NCBI RefSeq assembly: GCF_009914755.1
Contig: NC_060944.1
Length of the DNA: 64,000 nucleotides
Source: the human T2T-CHM13v2.0 reference genome, Homo sapiens
Reading direction: 5' to 3' (one strand)
Shown here: piece by piece, positions 41,063 through 55,592 of the stretch
How the letters are laid out: each line of letters opens with the position of its first letter
Numbering within the stretch: position 1 is the first letter of the stretch
Notes under the pieces: generated by a model
Told to the model about the DNA's origin: nothing
What the model saw: the letters and a program-made list of their open reading frames with translations, nothing else
Databases searched by the model: none
Translations under genes and position numbers: made by a program

Positions 41063-42179
41063 ATTGATGATTATTAATATTTCTAATACATTAATAATAT
41101 AAATAAGTTAAATATGAACATTGTATATAAATACTCTTGTACTTCTTTGATTATATTCTTAGTTCATAATTCATATTATTGGCGAAAGGAATAAGTATGT
41201 ATAAGGCTATTTGTCTAATAGACTGGATAATTTCCCACTAAGAAGGATTTTTTTCAACATTCATCATTAACAATTAAAACACCTGTCATATGTATTATTG
41301 CAAACACTCTATTTTATTCCAAAAATAAATTGACAGTTTGATAGGCAAAACAAAATATTGTCATATTTATATTTATTTATTTGATTATCAATGAGATTTG
41401 AACTGTTTTCTACTTTAAAAGCCATTTTTTGGTTTTCTGTTGCAATTTACCTAACATGTCCTAAACTACTTTTATCTATGGAGATCTCATTTTCATTCTT
41501 ACAAATTTTTTGAAAACCTTGGATTTTATTTATTTTAATATATGAAGGGTTTTCTACCTAGAGTGACCAGAATAATATTTATTTCTCATGTTTTCTATTT
41601 TCTATCTCTTTACTCCCCCAGGGAGAAAGAAAATTTTGCTGGAACTCAATGTTTGTCAACAGACAAGTGATTGCATTACCCTTGACAGTATTCACTATCT
41701 ACAGTGCAAGATTACAAAATAGTTTCCAAGAAAGTCTAGGCAGCATGATTTCTGCTGTCATATCCAAGCAACAAATTGGCAGAGTGGCATCTAGTACTTA
41801 CCTAGCATGAGTATGCTATGCATTATGACTTCAGGTGCTTCTTCTTTTCTCCTATTCTTTTCTCATCATAAATTTCAAATAATAGGACGTCTGAGCATCA
41901 GCTAGACAAGTAGCACTCAAACAATTGTGTGGGATTTTTTTTTAATCATCTCTACTACCCTGATGATGTGCCCACTTTGGAAATGATTGTCCTAGTCTCC
42001 CAGAGGTACATCTACATCAACTTGGCTGGATTGAGGTAAAATTTTCACCAAATTCCACTGGCTTTTTAACATTTTGAAACAGTAGAAATCGGTGCCTGAA
42101 ATACAGTAATTTAAACTTCAAGAGACCATAGGACTTGTGTAAGAAAATTATAAGTCGTCATGGAATGAAAAAGTTTTCC

Positions 42180-42402
42180 AGTTCTGTGTTTCTCAAAGGT
42201 TGGTTCAGATGCTCATATTGGTCTGTGAACTGTTTATCATCAGCCTGAGATGAGAAAGGTATAGAAATTAGGAATAAACATTTGGGCACTTATATAATTA
42301 TTTGATTTTGTGGTGGCATTATTACATTTTGTAAAATTATTGATTATCAATGGACTGGAGGAAGAAAAAACTAGCCCTTCACCACAAAAAGCTTAAGAAA
42401 CA
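42180..42402 (+). mobile_element. hAT-Charlie MITE (MER112-like)
   Basis: TGTTTCTCAAAG...CCTTCACCACAAAAAGCTTAAGAAACA terminal pattern. Confidence 0.45.
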
Positions 42403-42869
42403 GTCCTTGAACAGTGATCTCTTCTAAATCCAAGGTTTCTACTCAACCCCTGACAATTAACATGTGATCAGGAAGAGTTAACCCCACTCACTGTGTAGTC
42501 CTCTTGCAGTTTCTCCTTTGTTGGGTCATGTGATTATTTTTTGGGGTATTTTTGGATTTTTTGGATGTGCGAATCCCAAAAGCATAGTGCAGGTATGAAT
42601 CAACATCTTTAGAGAATAAACTTTAGAATCTTGTAAGATTTGGGATTTAATAAAGTAGATAAAAATCGTGTTACAGAATGAATATTATAGAAACAAAATT
42701 ATAACAAATTAGGATCTTTCATTTTAGACTAGTTTATTAGCAATAAAAAAGTAAATATATATAGTTAACATGATAAAAATTCAAGAGGAAGTATTTACAT
42801 AGGAAAAGATTGAGAGAGGGTCTTGAGAAAACTGTTAAACAGCTATGTTAGCAAAAATGAGTCCTATTT

Positions 42870-44478
42870 TTCCATAGATTAGATGGTTCAAATATATAAA
42901 CATGTCACTTCCTTTCTAATTGTTCTAAAGGTTTAATGCAATTTTTATCAAAATCCAAGCAAGTCTTTTGTACATAGATAAGCTTATTCTAAGGTATATC
43001 TAAAGTTACAGGCCCTAGAATAAAACAATTATGAAAATTAAAGAATAAAGTGGGCAATTTTGAAAAATAGAGAATAAAGTATTACTTACCTATCAGACCA
43101 GACACAATTTTAAAAACGAATAATTGACAACAAATGCCAGTGAGGATGCATGGAAACCTAGTGACTCTCACTTGGTCGTGGGTGTCTAAAATGGCACAGC
43201 TACTCTGACAAAGAGCTTGACAGTTTCCTATAACACTAACTATGCAATTGCCATGTGAACCAGCAATTGTGCTCATGGGCATTTGTCCCACGGAAATAAA
43301 GACTTATGTTCACACAAATACTGTATAAAATGTCTGTAGCAGGTTTATCTCTAATAACCCAAAACTGGCAGCAACCAGGTGTCCTTCAGCAAACTGTGAG
43401 ACATCCATGTCAGCAGTCCCCAACCTTTATGGCAGCAGGGACTGGTTTCGTGGAAGACAATTTTTTCCATGGATCGGGGTGGGGGATGGTTTTGGGATGA
43501 ATCAAGCACATTACATTTATTGTGCACTTTATTTCTAATATTTGTATTGTAATATATAATGAAATAATTATGAAATTCACCATAATGTAGAATCAGTGGG
43601 AGCTCTGAGCTTGTTTTCCTGCAACTATGGTCCTATCTGGGGGTGACAGGAGACAGTGACAGAAACCAGGCATTAGATTTTCCTAAGGAATGCGCAGCCT
43701 AGGTCCCTTGCATGTGCCGTTCACAATAGTGTTCACGCGTTCCTATGAGAATCTAGTGCCACCACTGATCTGACAGGAGGTGGAACTCAGATGGTAATGC
43801 AGGAATGGGGAGCGACTGCAAATACAGAGGAAGCTTTGCTTGCTAGCCTGCTGCTCGCCTCCTGCTGTGTTGCCCAGTTCCTAACAGACTACGGACCAAT
43901 AGCAGTCCATGGCCCGGGGGTTGGAGACCCTGATCCATATCATGTAATATTACCCAGCAGTAAAGTGAAAAAAAAAAAAAAAAAAAAAAAAAAAACTAAT
44001 GATACACATAGTTTGCGTCCACTTATATAACATTTCACCTATATAATGTTCTTGAAGTGAAAAAAATAATAATTAAATATAAAACAGATTAGTGACTGCC
44101 AGAGGCTGGGAGAGTGAGGATGCAGTGGAGGTGGGGGAGGGGAGAGGTTAACAAAGCATAACAGGAGCAGGGGATTCTTACGGTTATCAAATTACTCTGT
44201 ACCTTGACAGGGTGATGAACACATGCTTCTATCTACATATGTGTTAAATTGTTCAGAAGTAAATACATACATACACATAAATGAATACAAGTAAACCTGG
44301 AGACATCCAAATGAATCAGTGGTTTCCATCAAAGTCAATATCCTGGTTGTGATATTGCTTTGCAAGATATTACCTTTAGTGAAACTAGGAATAAACGTTA
44401 CATGAGATCTCTCTGTATTATTTCTACCGGTACAAGTGAATTGATTATTATTGTCAAATTAACATTTTAGTTAAAAAA
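42870..44478 (+). mobile_element. L1MC/MD ORF2 end and 3' UTR, interrupted by MER1A
   Basis: AAAATGGCACAGCTACTCTG...CCAGCAATTGTGCTC...TCAATATCCTGGTTGTGATATTG...CTCTCTGTATTATTTC. Confidence 0.8.
43411..43932 (+). mobile_element. MER1A (hAT-Charlie3)
   Basis: TIRs CAGCAGTCCCCAACC / GGTTGGAGACCCTG; 8-bp TSD ATCCATGT/ATCCATAT. Confidence 0.92.
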
Positions 44479-44489
44479 TGGATCCTACT

Positions 44490-44825
<336 letters not shown>

Positions 44826-45899
44826 TCAGGCTGCAATTGTAATGTAATTTAGTTTGAACATTAAACTATTAACCAAAACATTCTACCTTTTCTACTATAA
44901 CATTTATGCATTATCTTGATACATTGTGGTTGTATTTCACAAGATAAAGTCCCTATGAAATTACTTCATTATCATACACTGTGAAAATTTGTTTCCTATT
45001 ATCCATGGACTTATTTTATATTATGACTTTTTCTGATAATAATTAATATAGGATAATGAAGACCTCCTTACATAGAAATGACAATAAGGCCTCAGTAGCC
45101 CTACTGCAGAATTTCCTGGGATGCAAAGACATGGGCAGCTGCCTCTCTTGAATTTCCCGTGGTTCTCTGGAAGACGGTCTCATCACAGTGGGCTTGGTGG
45201 AGGGCCATCCAAGGAGCCGGGGTGGAGGGCAATGCCTGGTGTCCTGCTTGGCATCAACTTTGGATTTCTGAATAAATGACAGGCATGGGGGACGTGCTAA
45301 GTGTCATTTGGCACCACTCCTGCACCAAACTCTGCTGTCATTTGGGCTAGGAAGCCTGTTCTTTTTGAAAGAACAAAGCTTGTTTCAGGGTCAGCTGCCA
45401 ATTGTGTTTGACATTTTAGTTCTACAAATTAAATACCCTGGTAAAATTTTCTCTAGGATTCTAGTAATAAGTTGGCTGTCGTGGTTTTTAATGTTATTTT
45501 CTGTGGCTTCTAAGGCTTTGTAAGGGGAAATTGGGAGAATCTGAGTGATAGACTTTTGTCCCAAGACCATCAAGAAGTCAGAAAGATGCTCCTTGCCTTC
45601 CAAATCTTACATGTTTGTTGATTAGAAAATATTTTTGGCACAATAGATTGTACTGAGTATTCCTAGTGATTAATTTTAGTTTTGCTTTTATGAAAATCAG
45701 ACGAATATAGCTTTAGAGTTTCTAAAATCTTGATGACACTTGTTTTTATATTTAATACATTCATATATCAAATATCTATTTTATCTTTATTTTGGCTAAG
45801 AATTGTCATAAAACTCTGTTTGAGCCTTTATTCCAAAATTTATTTAACTTCTCTGTAATCGAATTAGCATTTATTTCCAACTAATCTGTGATGCTACAT

Positions 45900-46400
45900 T
45901 TATTATTTATTAAATTCCTGTGTCTGTTTCTGAGGTTCAGTTCCTATTAGCTATTAATATTACTTACACCACGCTATTTTCATTACTGTACTTTGCAATT
46001 TATATCATTAACACAAGGAGTCCTGATTTTAGTATCATTCTTTTGCATAGTTTCCTTCAATATTCCTGCTCATTTACTCTGGTAGATAAACTTATGAATT
46101 ACTTTGCCAAGGTAAAAGAATAGTCCACTCTATTTTTAATTGCATTGCATTAAACCCCGCATTGATTTAGAAAGAATGTCATGTTTGGCAACATTTAGTC
46201 TTCATATTTAGGACTATGATATATTTCTCCATTTATTCAAGTTTTCTTTTATGACCTTCTGTAAAGTTTCATGGTTCTTTCAGAGCAATCAGGTAATTGC
46301 TTGTTATAACCATTCCTAGGAAAAATGTTATGTTTTCTTGCTATTTCAAATAGAATCTCCAACTCTGTTCTCCAAAACGTTATTAATTTAAATATGTGAT
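45900..46400 (-). mobile_element. L1ME ORF2 fragment
   Basis: TTTTAATTGCATTGCATTAAA...TATTTCTCCATTTATTCAAG. Confidence 0.6.
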
Positions 46401-47752
46401 ATATAAAAAATACATCCATTTCTTCCAAATTGCAACTAGAAGATTACAGTTTGGGCCCTTCCAGGAAGTTCCCAACTGTAGTGTTCATTATGTAGCACCC
46501 AAAAAATAGAAGCCTTTAGTCACTTCATCCAGCAAAAATAGTTACCCCTTGTGTGCATTGCATGGAACTTTCTCATTGGTAAATATTATTATGTAAAATA
46601 TTTTTTCCAGCCAAACACTTTTGACTTCATTTATGTTTTGGTGTACACAGTGTCCAAAAGGTAGTTTATTTATACTCTTCTTGCTGAATGTATTCATTAT
46701 AAAGAAAAGGGATCAAAACTTCCTGGAATTAGGGAAATTCAGGACATAATTGCTTAAGGATGCTGCATTGCAGTTTCTGAATTTATCCAAGGTTTCTCTC
46801 TTATTTGTTCATATTGAGTTACAGAATCTCTGACTCTAGGGTTTATGATGCCTCAAATGAACCTTTGTAGACCAAGCAGTTTGATATACATAATGTCCTT
46901 CTTTCTTGGAAATCTCAACTCAACAGCACTGTGTTCAGGGAGTTACCTATGAGAATGTTAATTACAGGTGACTCCCAAGGAAATAAGTTATCAATTATAT
47001 CTGAGTGTTTCAATATTTCCTCTGAAATGATAATAATGCACCTTACGTTTCAGTATTATCTGATAGAATGCCGTAAATTCAGCTAACACTTGTCAAGAGG
47101 CTTGTGGCATCTTTAAATCACAGATCTTAATGAAGGTTTGTCAAGGCCCAAGCTAAGTAAATGTGTTTCATGTATCAAAAGGAATTACATTTCCTTTTGT
47201 CCCTCTATATTCAGGCTAAAAACAAAGGGGAAATTAACTTGGGAAGTAAATTACTTGTTATTGGGTTGGAACAAAAATTCTAGCAATATTCTCCTAAACA
47301 CTTTTTTGGTAACCATTTAAAGATATGAGGCTAATTACAATCTGTGTGCAAAATCAGATTTATAATTAGTACTGATATGAATTACTGCATCAAAAAATTG
47401 AATTCTTGTGGTCAAAGTAGATTCTTCACACAATAGATACACTATTTTGATATACAAATAGAAACATTTACTTTAGGAACACCAATTTGAAAACTGAGTG
47501 TTTTTTGTCATGATACTTTCTGCCTTTTCCTCCTTCTGCAAAAGGCCAGATTTGTTTTAAAGAGGGAACAGGGGCATGATCTAGTCTTTTTCTACCTTGC
47601 TCTACTACCTCTTGACTGCTGTTCTTCTGCCACGTTGTAGCAGAGAGAAGTTAAAATGGCAAAGCCTTCCTCCAGCTCCCTCCTGGGTTGATTTTTGCAG
47701 CTTCTAGGGCTTTAAAGGACCAGTTCACATGGCCCTTTGTGCTTTATCCATC

Positions 47753-48256
47753 TGTTATGGGTTAAATTGTGTCTCCTAAAAATATGTATGTTAAAGTCCT
47801 CACCTTCATTGCCTCTGAATGTGATCTTATCTGAAAATAAGGTCTTTACACAGATAATAAAGTTTAAATGAGGTCATTAGGGTATACCCTCATCCAATAT
47901 GACTGGTGTCCTTATGAAAAGAGGAAATTTGGATGCAGAGACAGATATGCACAGAGAAAAGACCATGTGAAGCCACAAGGAGAGCTCCATGTGAAGATGA
48001 AAGCACAGATTGGAGCAATGTATCTACAAGCCATGGACACCAAGATTGCTGATGAATCTCCAGCTGGCGAATCATCTTCTAAGTGAGGAATCACTTAGAA
48101 GAGAAGTATGTAACAGACTCTCTCTTGCACCCCTCAGCAGGAACCAACCCTGCTCATTTCTTGATTTTGGACTTCTGGCTTCCAGACAATACATTTCTGT
48201 TGTTTAAGCCACCCAGTTTGTGATACTTTGTTACAGCAGCCCAGCAAACTAATACA
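47753..48256 (+). mobile_element. MLT1B/C solo LTR
   Basis: TGTTATGGGTTAAATTGTGTCTCC...AATGAGGTCATTAGGG...TCCAATATGACTGGTGTCCTTAT...CAAACTAATACA. Confidence 0.9.
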
Positions 48257-48475
48257 CCAGTCAAAGAAGGCTGACTCCAAATTCTATGCAGAAATTCCCT
48301 CTCCGTAAATCTCTGGCTGTTCCCTGAAACACATGTGCTTGTACAAGAATACCTAAAAATAAAAGAATTAAACTAAAATTTAGCCTGCTGCCTCAGAAAC
48401 AGCTTGCAATTTAAGCCCTACCAGATTAATTATCTGCTGAAACAGAACATGAACATCCTTTCAAGAAAAATAACA

Positions 48476-48949
<474 letters not shown>

Positions 48950-49639
48950 CTAGTAATGAAAAGATAGGAAATATTGGAAGAGAAACAAAAGCTATTAAAA
49001 ACAGCCATATGAGAATTCTAAAACTGAAAAATATAATATCTGAAATTTTAAAAAACAATGGGTCAACTTAATAGAAAAATGCAGCTGAAAAAGGAAAGAG
49101 ACAGTCAATAGGTTAAAATTTTCTACATCCTTGCTAGCATTCAATATTTGTCTTTTAATTTTAGCTATTATACTAGGTATGTAACGTTATCCCATTGTGC
49201 CTTTAATTTCTATTTCCCTAATGAATAATGATCTTGAAAATATTTTCATGTGTGTATTTGCCATCTATTATTCCCTTTGGTAATGTGCCTGTTCAAGTCC
49301 TATTTCCATTTTCTAATTGAATTTTTTTTAATTAAGAGTTTATATTCTGGGTACGAGTCCTTTGTTGGACATACTCTTATCATCCTCAGTAGGAGGGTTG
49401 ATTTGAATTAGTAAATGTGTTATTGGTGAAAGTAAAAGTGCCACTGGTGAAAGTAAAAGTATGCATCTTTATTTTTAAGGGGTGTTAGGCTTGTATTCTA
49501 GGTTGATAGTTACTTTCTTTCAGCACTTTAAAAATATTATGCCAAATAGCATAATGTTTTGGATTATGATAGTATCAACTGTAGCAAATCAATATTAATC
49601 ATCACAATTTGGCCAGTTTGTATACTTGATTAGGCAATC

Positions 49640-50040
49640 ACTCTAATATATATATATATATTTATATATATATATGAAATATATAAAATAAATATATAAT
49701 AACACTCATATATATCACTTTAATATATAAAACACACATGTATATGTGTATGTAACATACACATATGTATTTTATATATTATATAATATATAATTACATA
49801 TAAATAACATATAGAATATATATTACACATAATATCTTATGTATAATATCACTCTAATATGTATATATCAGTCTAATACACATAAAATATATGTATTTAT
49901 ATATTTTATGTATTATAACATATGCATTATATATGTATTTTATATATATTATATATTATATGTATTATATATAAATATATATGTACTTTATATATGACAT
50001 ATATCTTTATATATGTATATTATATATATTATATATATAA
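49640..50040. repeat. (TA)n-rich low-complexity tract
   Basis: Seen directly in the sequence. Confidence 0.95.
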
Positions 50041-51606
50041 TGTCTTGTAAAAGGAGATTTTGTATTGAGCACCAGAATGTGGCATCCAGAAAAGTGACAG
50101 TCTTCTTGGTTTCTTCTTTCTCTCCCAGATCTATCACTAAATTCTTCCCCTATTGTAGGACTCAGATTTCTCTGGACAGGCTTCCTTAACCCTAAACTAA
50201 AAGCCACATGCCAAATATTCTAAGTATAGCTTTTGAAGGGTGGGAAGATTAAAATTTTAAACTATGACAAGACATTCAGGAAATCTACAGTACTCCTTCT
50301 TAATTTCTACATCTGACCCATTTTGCTTGATTTCTTTATCTGACATATTTTGTTTTTGAAAACTTACTTGCCAGTTTGGATTTCCTTTCTCTCTCTTTCT
50401 TCCCTTTTTTCTTCTCAACCATTATACCTCCCAAAAAATCCTTAGCATGGAAGCGTCACTTCAGACCATATTTTCTGCAGAAATGGGCTAATAAAATTGG
50501 CAAGCGAGATTGGCAAATGGGTTTTGGCTAAAGATTATTGGTTTGCTGCTGTTGATATCACGATCAAAAGCTTCAGGCTATTTGTCCTTGGCTGCCCCTG
50601 TACTGAAGTAGGCACCCTGCTGTTCACCTTCTGCCTTGTTCACTTACAAATTTAGGCACTCAGAGTCATCTGGTAAGTTCTCATATCTAGTTTAAAAGGA
50701 ACAGTTGAGAAAAGGCAGGCCAAGGGCACTGTCTGAAGGTCTTGATAGCACTTTGTCCTTGGGCCCTTGCGGAGTAGCCACCCTCCATACATATGTACGA
50801 AGCAAATGTTCTCCCCACCCCTCCTTGTTGTCTGTGCATTATTCACTACTGATGAGAACTCTGTACTGATCATTTATAGAGCACATCGGGTCATTGCCTT
50901 TGATTTCCTTTTGCTCTCAAAGGGCATTTGAAACAAAGCACAATATTCAGTCTGGATGGTTTAGGCCCCAGGAGAGGGGAGTAGGGTGCCCAAATACAGC
51001 CTGCTTTCATTAAATGAAGGCTCACTCCAAGGGGATTAAACGATCTAATTCTATACTCCTTTTATTCTGTTTCTTTTAAGAGACAGAATACCTTATTACT
51101 TATCATATTATTGAAGATCTAACATATATTTACAATTGTGCTATTAAAGCTGTGGTTTATTACAACAAACATTGATCAATCACTTTTATATACTCTATAT
51201 TGCTATACATTTAAGCTGAGGAAGGCACAAATTTAATCTGTGATATAAAACCTGTTCTCAGATGACTTACAGTGGTAGAATTGGGGGAAGACCTGGCTGA
51301 TACACAGGAAACAATAAGGGAGTACAAGAGTGAGTACAGAAAAAAGTGCAAAAGGAAATATACACGATCTTTGACATGCATGTGGCATACCATGGGTGCT
51401 GAGTAGTCGCAATGGAGAGAGACTTTGAGGACTTCTCAGAGAAGTAAAAAGATATTATTAATATTATATTAGTATCTACACAAACTATTGCCTGCAAGGA
51501 GAGAGACATAGAGTAGATCTTGGAAAATAAAATACTGGCAAATATACTCATATTTTTCTTTTCCCTATTATACATGTGTTTTTGGCAAAAAATGATAACA
51601 TTAATG

Positions 51607-51612
<6 letters not shown>

Positions 51613-51648
<36 letters not shown>
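51613..51648. repeat. (TA)n microsatellite
   Basis: Seen directly in the sequence. Confidence 0.95.
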
Positions 51649-51651
<3 letters not shown>

Positions 51652-51812
51652 TTGCAGAAAATAGTAAGTTACATTTATGGCATAATAAGAAACCTAGAGT
51701 CCAGGGTTGGTGAAATGACTTCACAATATTATCAGTGTCTCAAGATCCTCCTGTCTTTCTGCCCACCCAGGCTTAGCATATGGCTGTCATCTCCACTTGT
51801 TTGCCTCACCCT

Positions 51813-52124
51813 GTTCTTTTCTTTTCTTTTCTTTTTTTTTTTTGAGACGGAGTTTCGCTCTTGTTGCCCAGGCTGGAGTGCAATGGCATGATCTCGGTTC
51901 GCTATAACTCTGCCTCCTGGGTTCAAGCAATTCTCCTGCTTCAGCTTCCCGAGTAGCTGGGATTACAGGTGTCTGCCACCACGCCCGGCTGATTTTGTAT
52001 TTTTAGTAGAGACGGGATTTCACCATGTTGGTCAGGCTAGTCTCGAACTCCTGACCTCAGGTGATCTGCCCACCTCGGCCTCCCAAAGTGCTGGGATTAC
52101 AGGCATGAGTCATCGCACCTGGCC
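51813..52124 (-). mobile_element. AluSq/Sp
   Basis: GAGTTTCGCTCTTGTTGCCC, GCAATGGC; TSD TTGCCTCACCCT. Confidence 0.93.
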
Positions 52125-52184
52125 TTGCCTCACCCTTTCAATATGGCTGCTGGACCTCCAGCCTCATATTTCAGTCACTCTGGA

Positions 52185-52576
52185 TGTTGTGAGGCTGTGA
52201 GGCTCTGCTCAGCTTTCCATTCTGGGGGACTGCAAGCCTAAAGTGCTCAGATGTCAGCCCCTCACAAGAATTGTCTTAGCTCAAAGCCATGCCCATTTTC
52301 TGAAATGGCATCATCCAATAAGTGATTGGCATAGAGCTCAGTCTTTTTTGTGCAACATGGAATAATACTGAAGGGTCATCTTATCTCGAGAGCGCCTTGT
52401 AGCTTTGTCTGAACTTTCTGTTCACACTGCATTACCTCTCCTCTTCCCTCCTGTGCCCAATCATACTCTCCTTTCTTTGCTCCTCAAGTTTTGATCCTAT
52501 GAGAACTCCTAACAAGCTCTCTGCATACTAATCTCAGTCGCAGAGTCTGCTGCCCGAGTTACCCAAGCTATGGCAC
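52185..52576 (+). mobile_element. LTR16A-like ERVL LTR nested in an old MLT1K-like LTR (~51660-52970)
   Basis: CTGAAGGGTCATC...GTTTTGATCC...CTGCATACTAATCTC...CAGAGTCTGC...ACCCAAGCTATGGCA. Confidence 0.65.
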
Positions 52577-52999
52577 ACTTTGAGTAGAAATAAGCTGGAT
52601 ATAGTAAGGAAGAAGGGGTGTCCATGTCAGGAAAGGCAAATTTTTCTCAGATACCCAGGAGAAATGTGATATGTCCAAATTGACAGAATTGTATTTCACA
52701 GCCACCCTTAACTACAAGTGAGACTGATAGCATACACTTTGGGCTGGATGTGTTGCCTTTTCACACAGAATATGAGATTACTACTTTTCCCAAAAAGTCC
52801 CCAGGAGACATCTGCACTGAAGAGAACTGAATTACCTGGCCATCATAAACAGCGAGGAAGACTGCAAAATGCCCTTTTTACCTGGATACACTGTCTCCAC
52901 AAACAAAAATTGAAATTTTATTATTGAGAAAGAAGGCAAGATTGACGCTTGGATAAATATCAGTATATGTGATACATAAAGTAATGACATTGATAATTA

Positions 53000-53400
53000 A
53001 TACTTACGGACATCTTACTATGTATCAGGTATTTTGCTATGCAGAGTTTTATATACTGGGTTATTTAGATTTCTCAGTAATCTTCTTATGAAACCCCCAA
53101 GATCTGTGGAACTCACAAGTTAATGTTTCTGTGTGTACATTAACACACTACTTATAATATTTTCTTTGGTAGGTCCCAAATAAGTTACAAAGAACTGTAA
53201 ATGTCTTGTCATATATCCTTCTCATGATCAACAGTATGAGCTATTATTGCTAACCCCATTTAACAGATGATTAAACTGGGGCATATAAGGCTTAAATTGC
53301 ATTATTGAGGCCACATAGCTGCCAAGATGAAAAACTGGGATTCGACCCACCTGTTTCTGACCCTTCAGCATATTCTTTTCAGAACCGCACTCCTCAAATC
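53000..53400 (-). mobile_element. MIR (interrupted)
   Basis: CCCCATTTAACAGATGATTAAACTGGGGCA...GGATTCGACCC. Confidence 0.7.
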
Positions 53401-53809
53401 TTCTGCTCTGGTGAAGAGATTTCAGCTTTAGGACTACCCGTATTTTGTAAGTGACTCAGCAGTTCGTGCCCTTATATTCTAAGCCTTATGCTTGATGGCG
53501 TAGAATGAAAATTTTACTTGTTATCCTTGAAGAGTATATTCCGGTGGGAATAAACAGAAATGCAACTGCCACAGAGGATACAAGGTGATTGTTGCTATAA
53601 TAGCAGTATGTAAACTTTATGGGGAAGGGAGGAACAATTAAATCAATCTAAGAACGTGAGTAACTTGGAGCTTGGAATCAAGTAACTTTAGGGCATTAAT
53701 AAGATGATGTCTTCAGATCCCTTTAATTATGTCACAACTCCTTTTTGGGTTCTGATAACCATTCATTTTGGATAAAGTGAGGTAATGTTGATATGAGTAG
53801 AATTCCTAT

Positions 53810-54287
53810 GTTATTTTGGCCATGTAATAAATGGCATTTATTTTGCTCATGAGCCTGCAATTTCAGTAAGGCTCAGTGCTGGAATGTGTCTCTGCTCCAC
53901 TTAGTATCAACTAGGGGCTGGAATTGTCCAAAGGCGTGCTCACCCACACTTCTGGTGTCTGGTGCTAGTTCTTGGCTGAAACTTCAGCTAGGGTTTCCAG
54001 GGTCTAATCTGGGGCTTCCACAATTCAGTGGCTGGGTTCCAAAGTAGTATGTCAGCGAGAGAGAGCTAGGTCCACAATATGACCTAGCCTCGGAAGTTCC
54101 ATAGCATCATTTGTATCATGCTCTATTGGACAGAGCAGTAACATGCACCTGAGAAAATTCAAGAGAAAGAAACAGCTATCCTGATCCTTGGTTGGAGGAG
54201 AGCCAGTCATGTTGTAGGAAAAGCATGTGGAGTGAAACACACACACACACAGGGGAAGACATCTTCTGAAAATGCGAAGGTCCACAA
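53810..54287 (-). mobile_element. MLT1F/G/H-like LTR
   Basis: TTTATTTTGCTCATGAGCCTGCAATTT...ATGACCTAGCCTCGGAAGT...ATCTTCTGAAAATG. Confidence 0.7.
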
Positions 54288-54451
54288 ATTAATCATGTGA
54301 ATGTAGCCAGGATTATGGAAGAGGCTGTTTATTGAAAGATTAAGTATTTGTCCCTACTGCCTACAGGTCCATTCCACAGCGACTAAATGAAATAATGTCT
54401 GTGTCTTAGTTTCTTCACCTGAGACATGTTTTATTTTGGTAGAGTGAACAT

Positions 54452-54745
54452 GTTTGTCCATTTGGGTTTAGGACTGCTATAACAAAATACCTTAGGCTGG
54501 GTAATATTTACAAACAACAGAAATGTATTGCTCACCATTATGGGAGTGTAGAAGTCCAAGATTGAGGCACCAGCAGACTTGGTGTCTGGTGAGGGCTCCT
54601 TCTCTGCTTGAACGGTGATGGCTTCTCACCGAATTCTCACATGGGAGAAGGACAGAATGGCTTCCTCCAGCCTCTTTTATAAAGGCACTAATCCCATTTA
54701 TGAGAGTGGAGTCCTCATGACCTAATCACCTCCCAAAGACCTCTA
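54452..54745 (-). mobile_element. MLT1A/MST-like LTR fragment
   Basis: CTGCTATAACAAAATACCTTAGGCTGGGTAA...GAAGTCCAAGAT...CTCATGACCTAATCACCTCCCAAAG. Confidence 0.85.
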
Positions 54746-54930
54746 TAATTCCTTCCTAGCCTGATGTTTTCAAACCATGTTCAGAAGCAATATTGAAGTT
54801 CCATATAGTTCTTTCAGTAATATTGATTGGGTAGCATCATATGTCAAACACTAGAATCAGATTTGAGAATAAAAATAATTTTAAAGAAATGCATTACCCT
54901 TTTTCCTCAAAGATCTCAATCTGCATTTGG

Positions 54931-54931
<1 letters not shown>

Positions 54932-54982
<51 letters not shown>

Positions 54983-54986
54983 CACA
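54932..54986. repeat. (CA)n microsatellite
   Basis: Seen directly in the sequence. Confidence 0.95.
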
Positions 54987-55035
54987 TTATTAGAAAATAA
55001 CCCAGAAGGGAAGTGACAGAATATACTTAACCACA

Positions 55036-55592
<557 letters not shown>

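Noticed and set aside
49423-49460. Short direct repeat TGGTGAAAGTAAAAGT x2
   Set aside because: An ordinary slippage duplication; not an array and no spacer structure.
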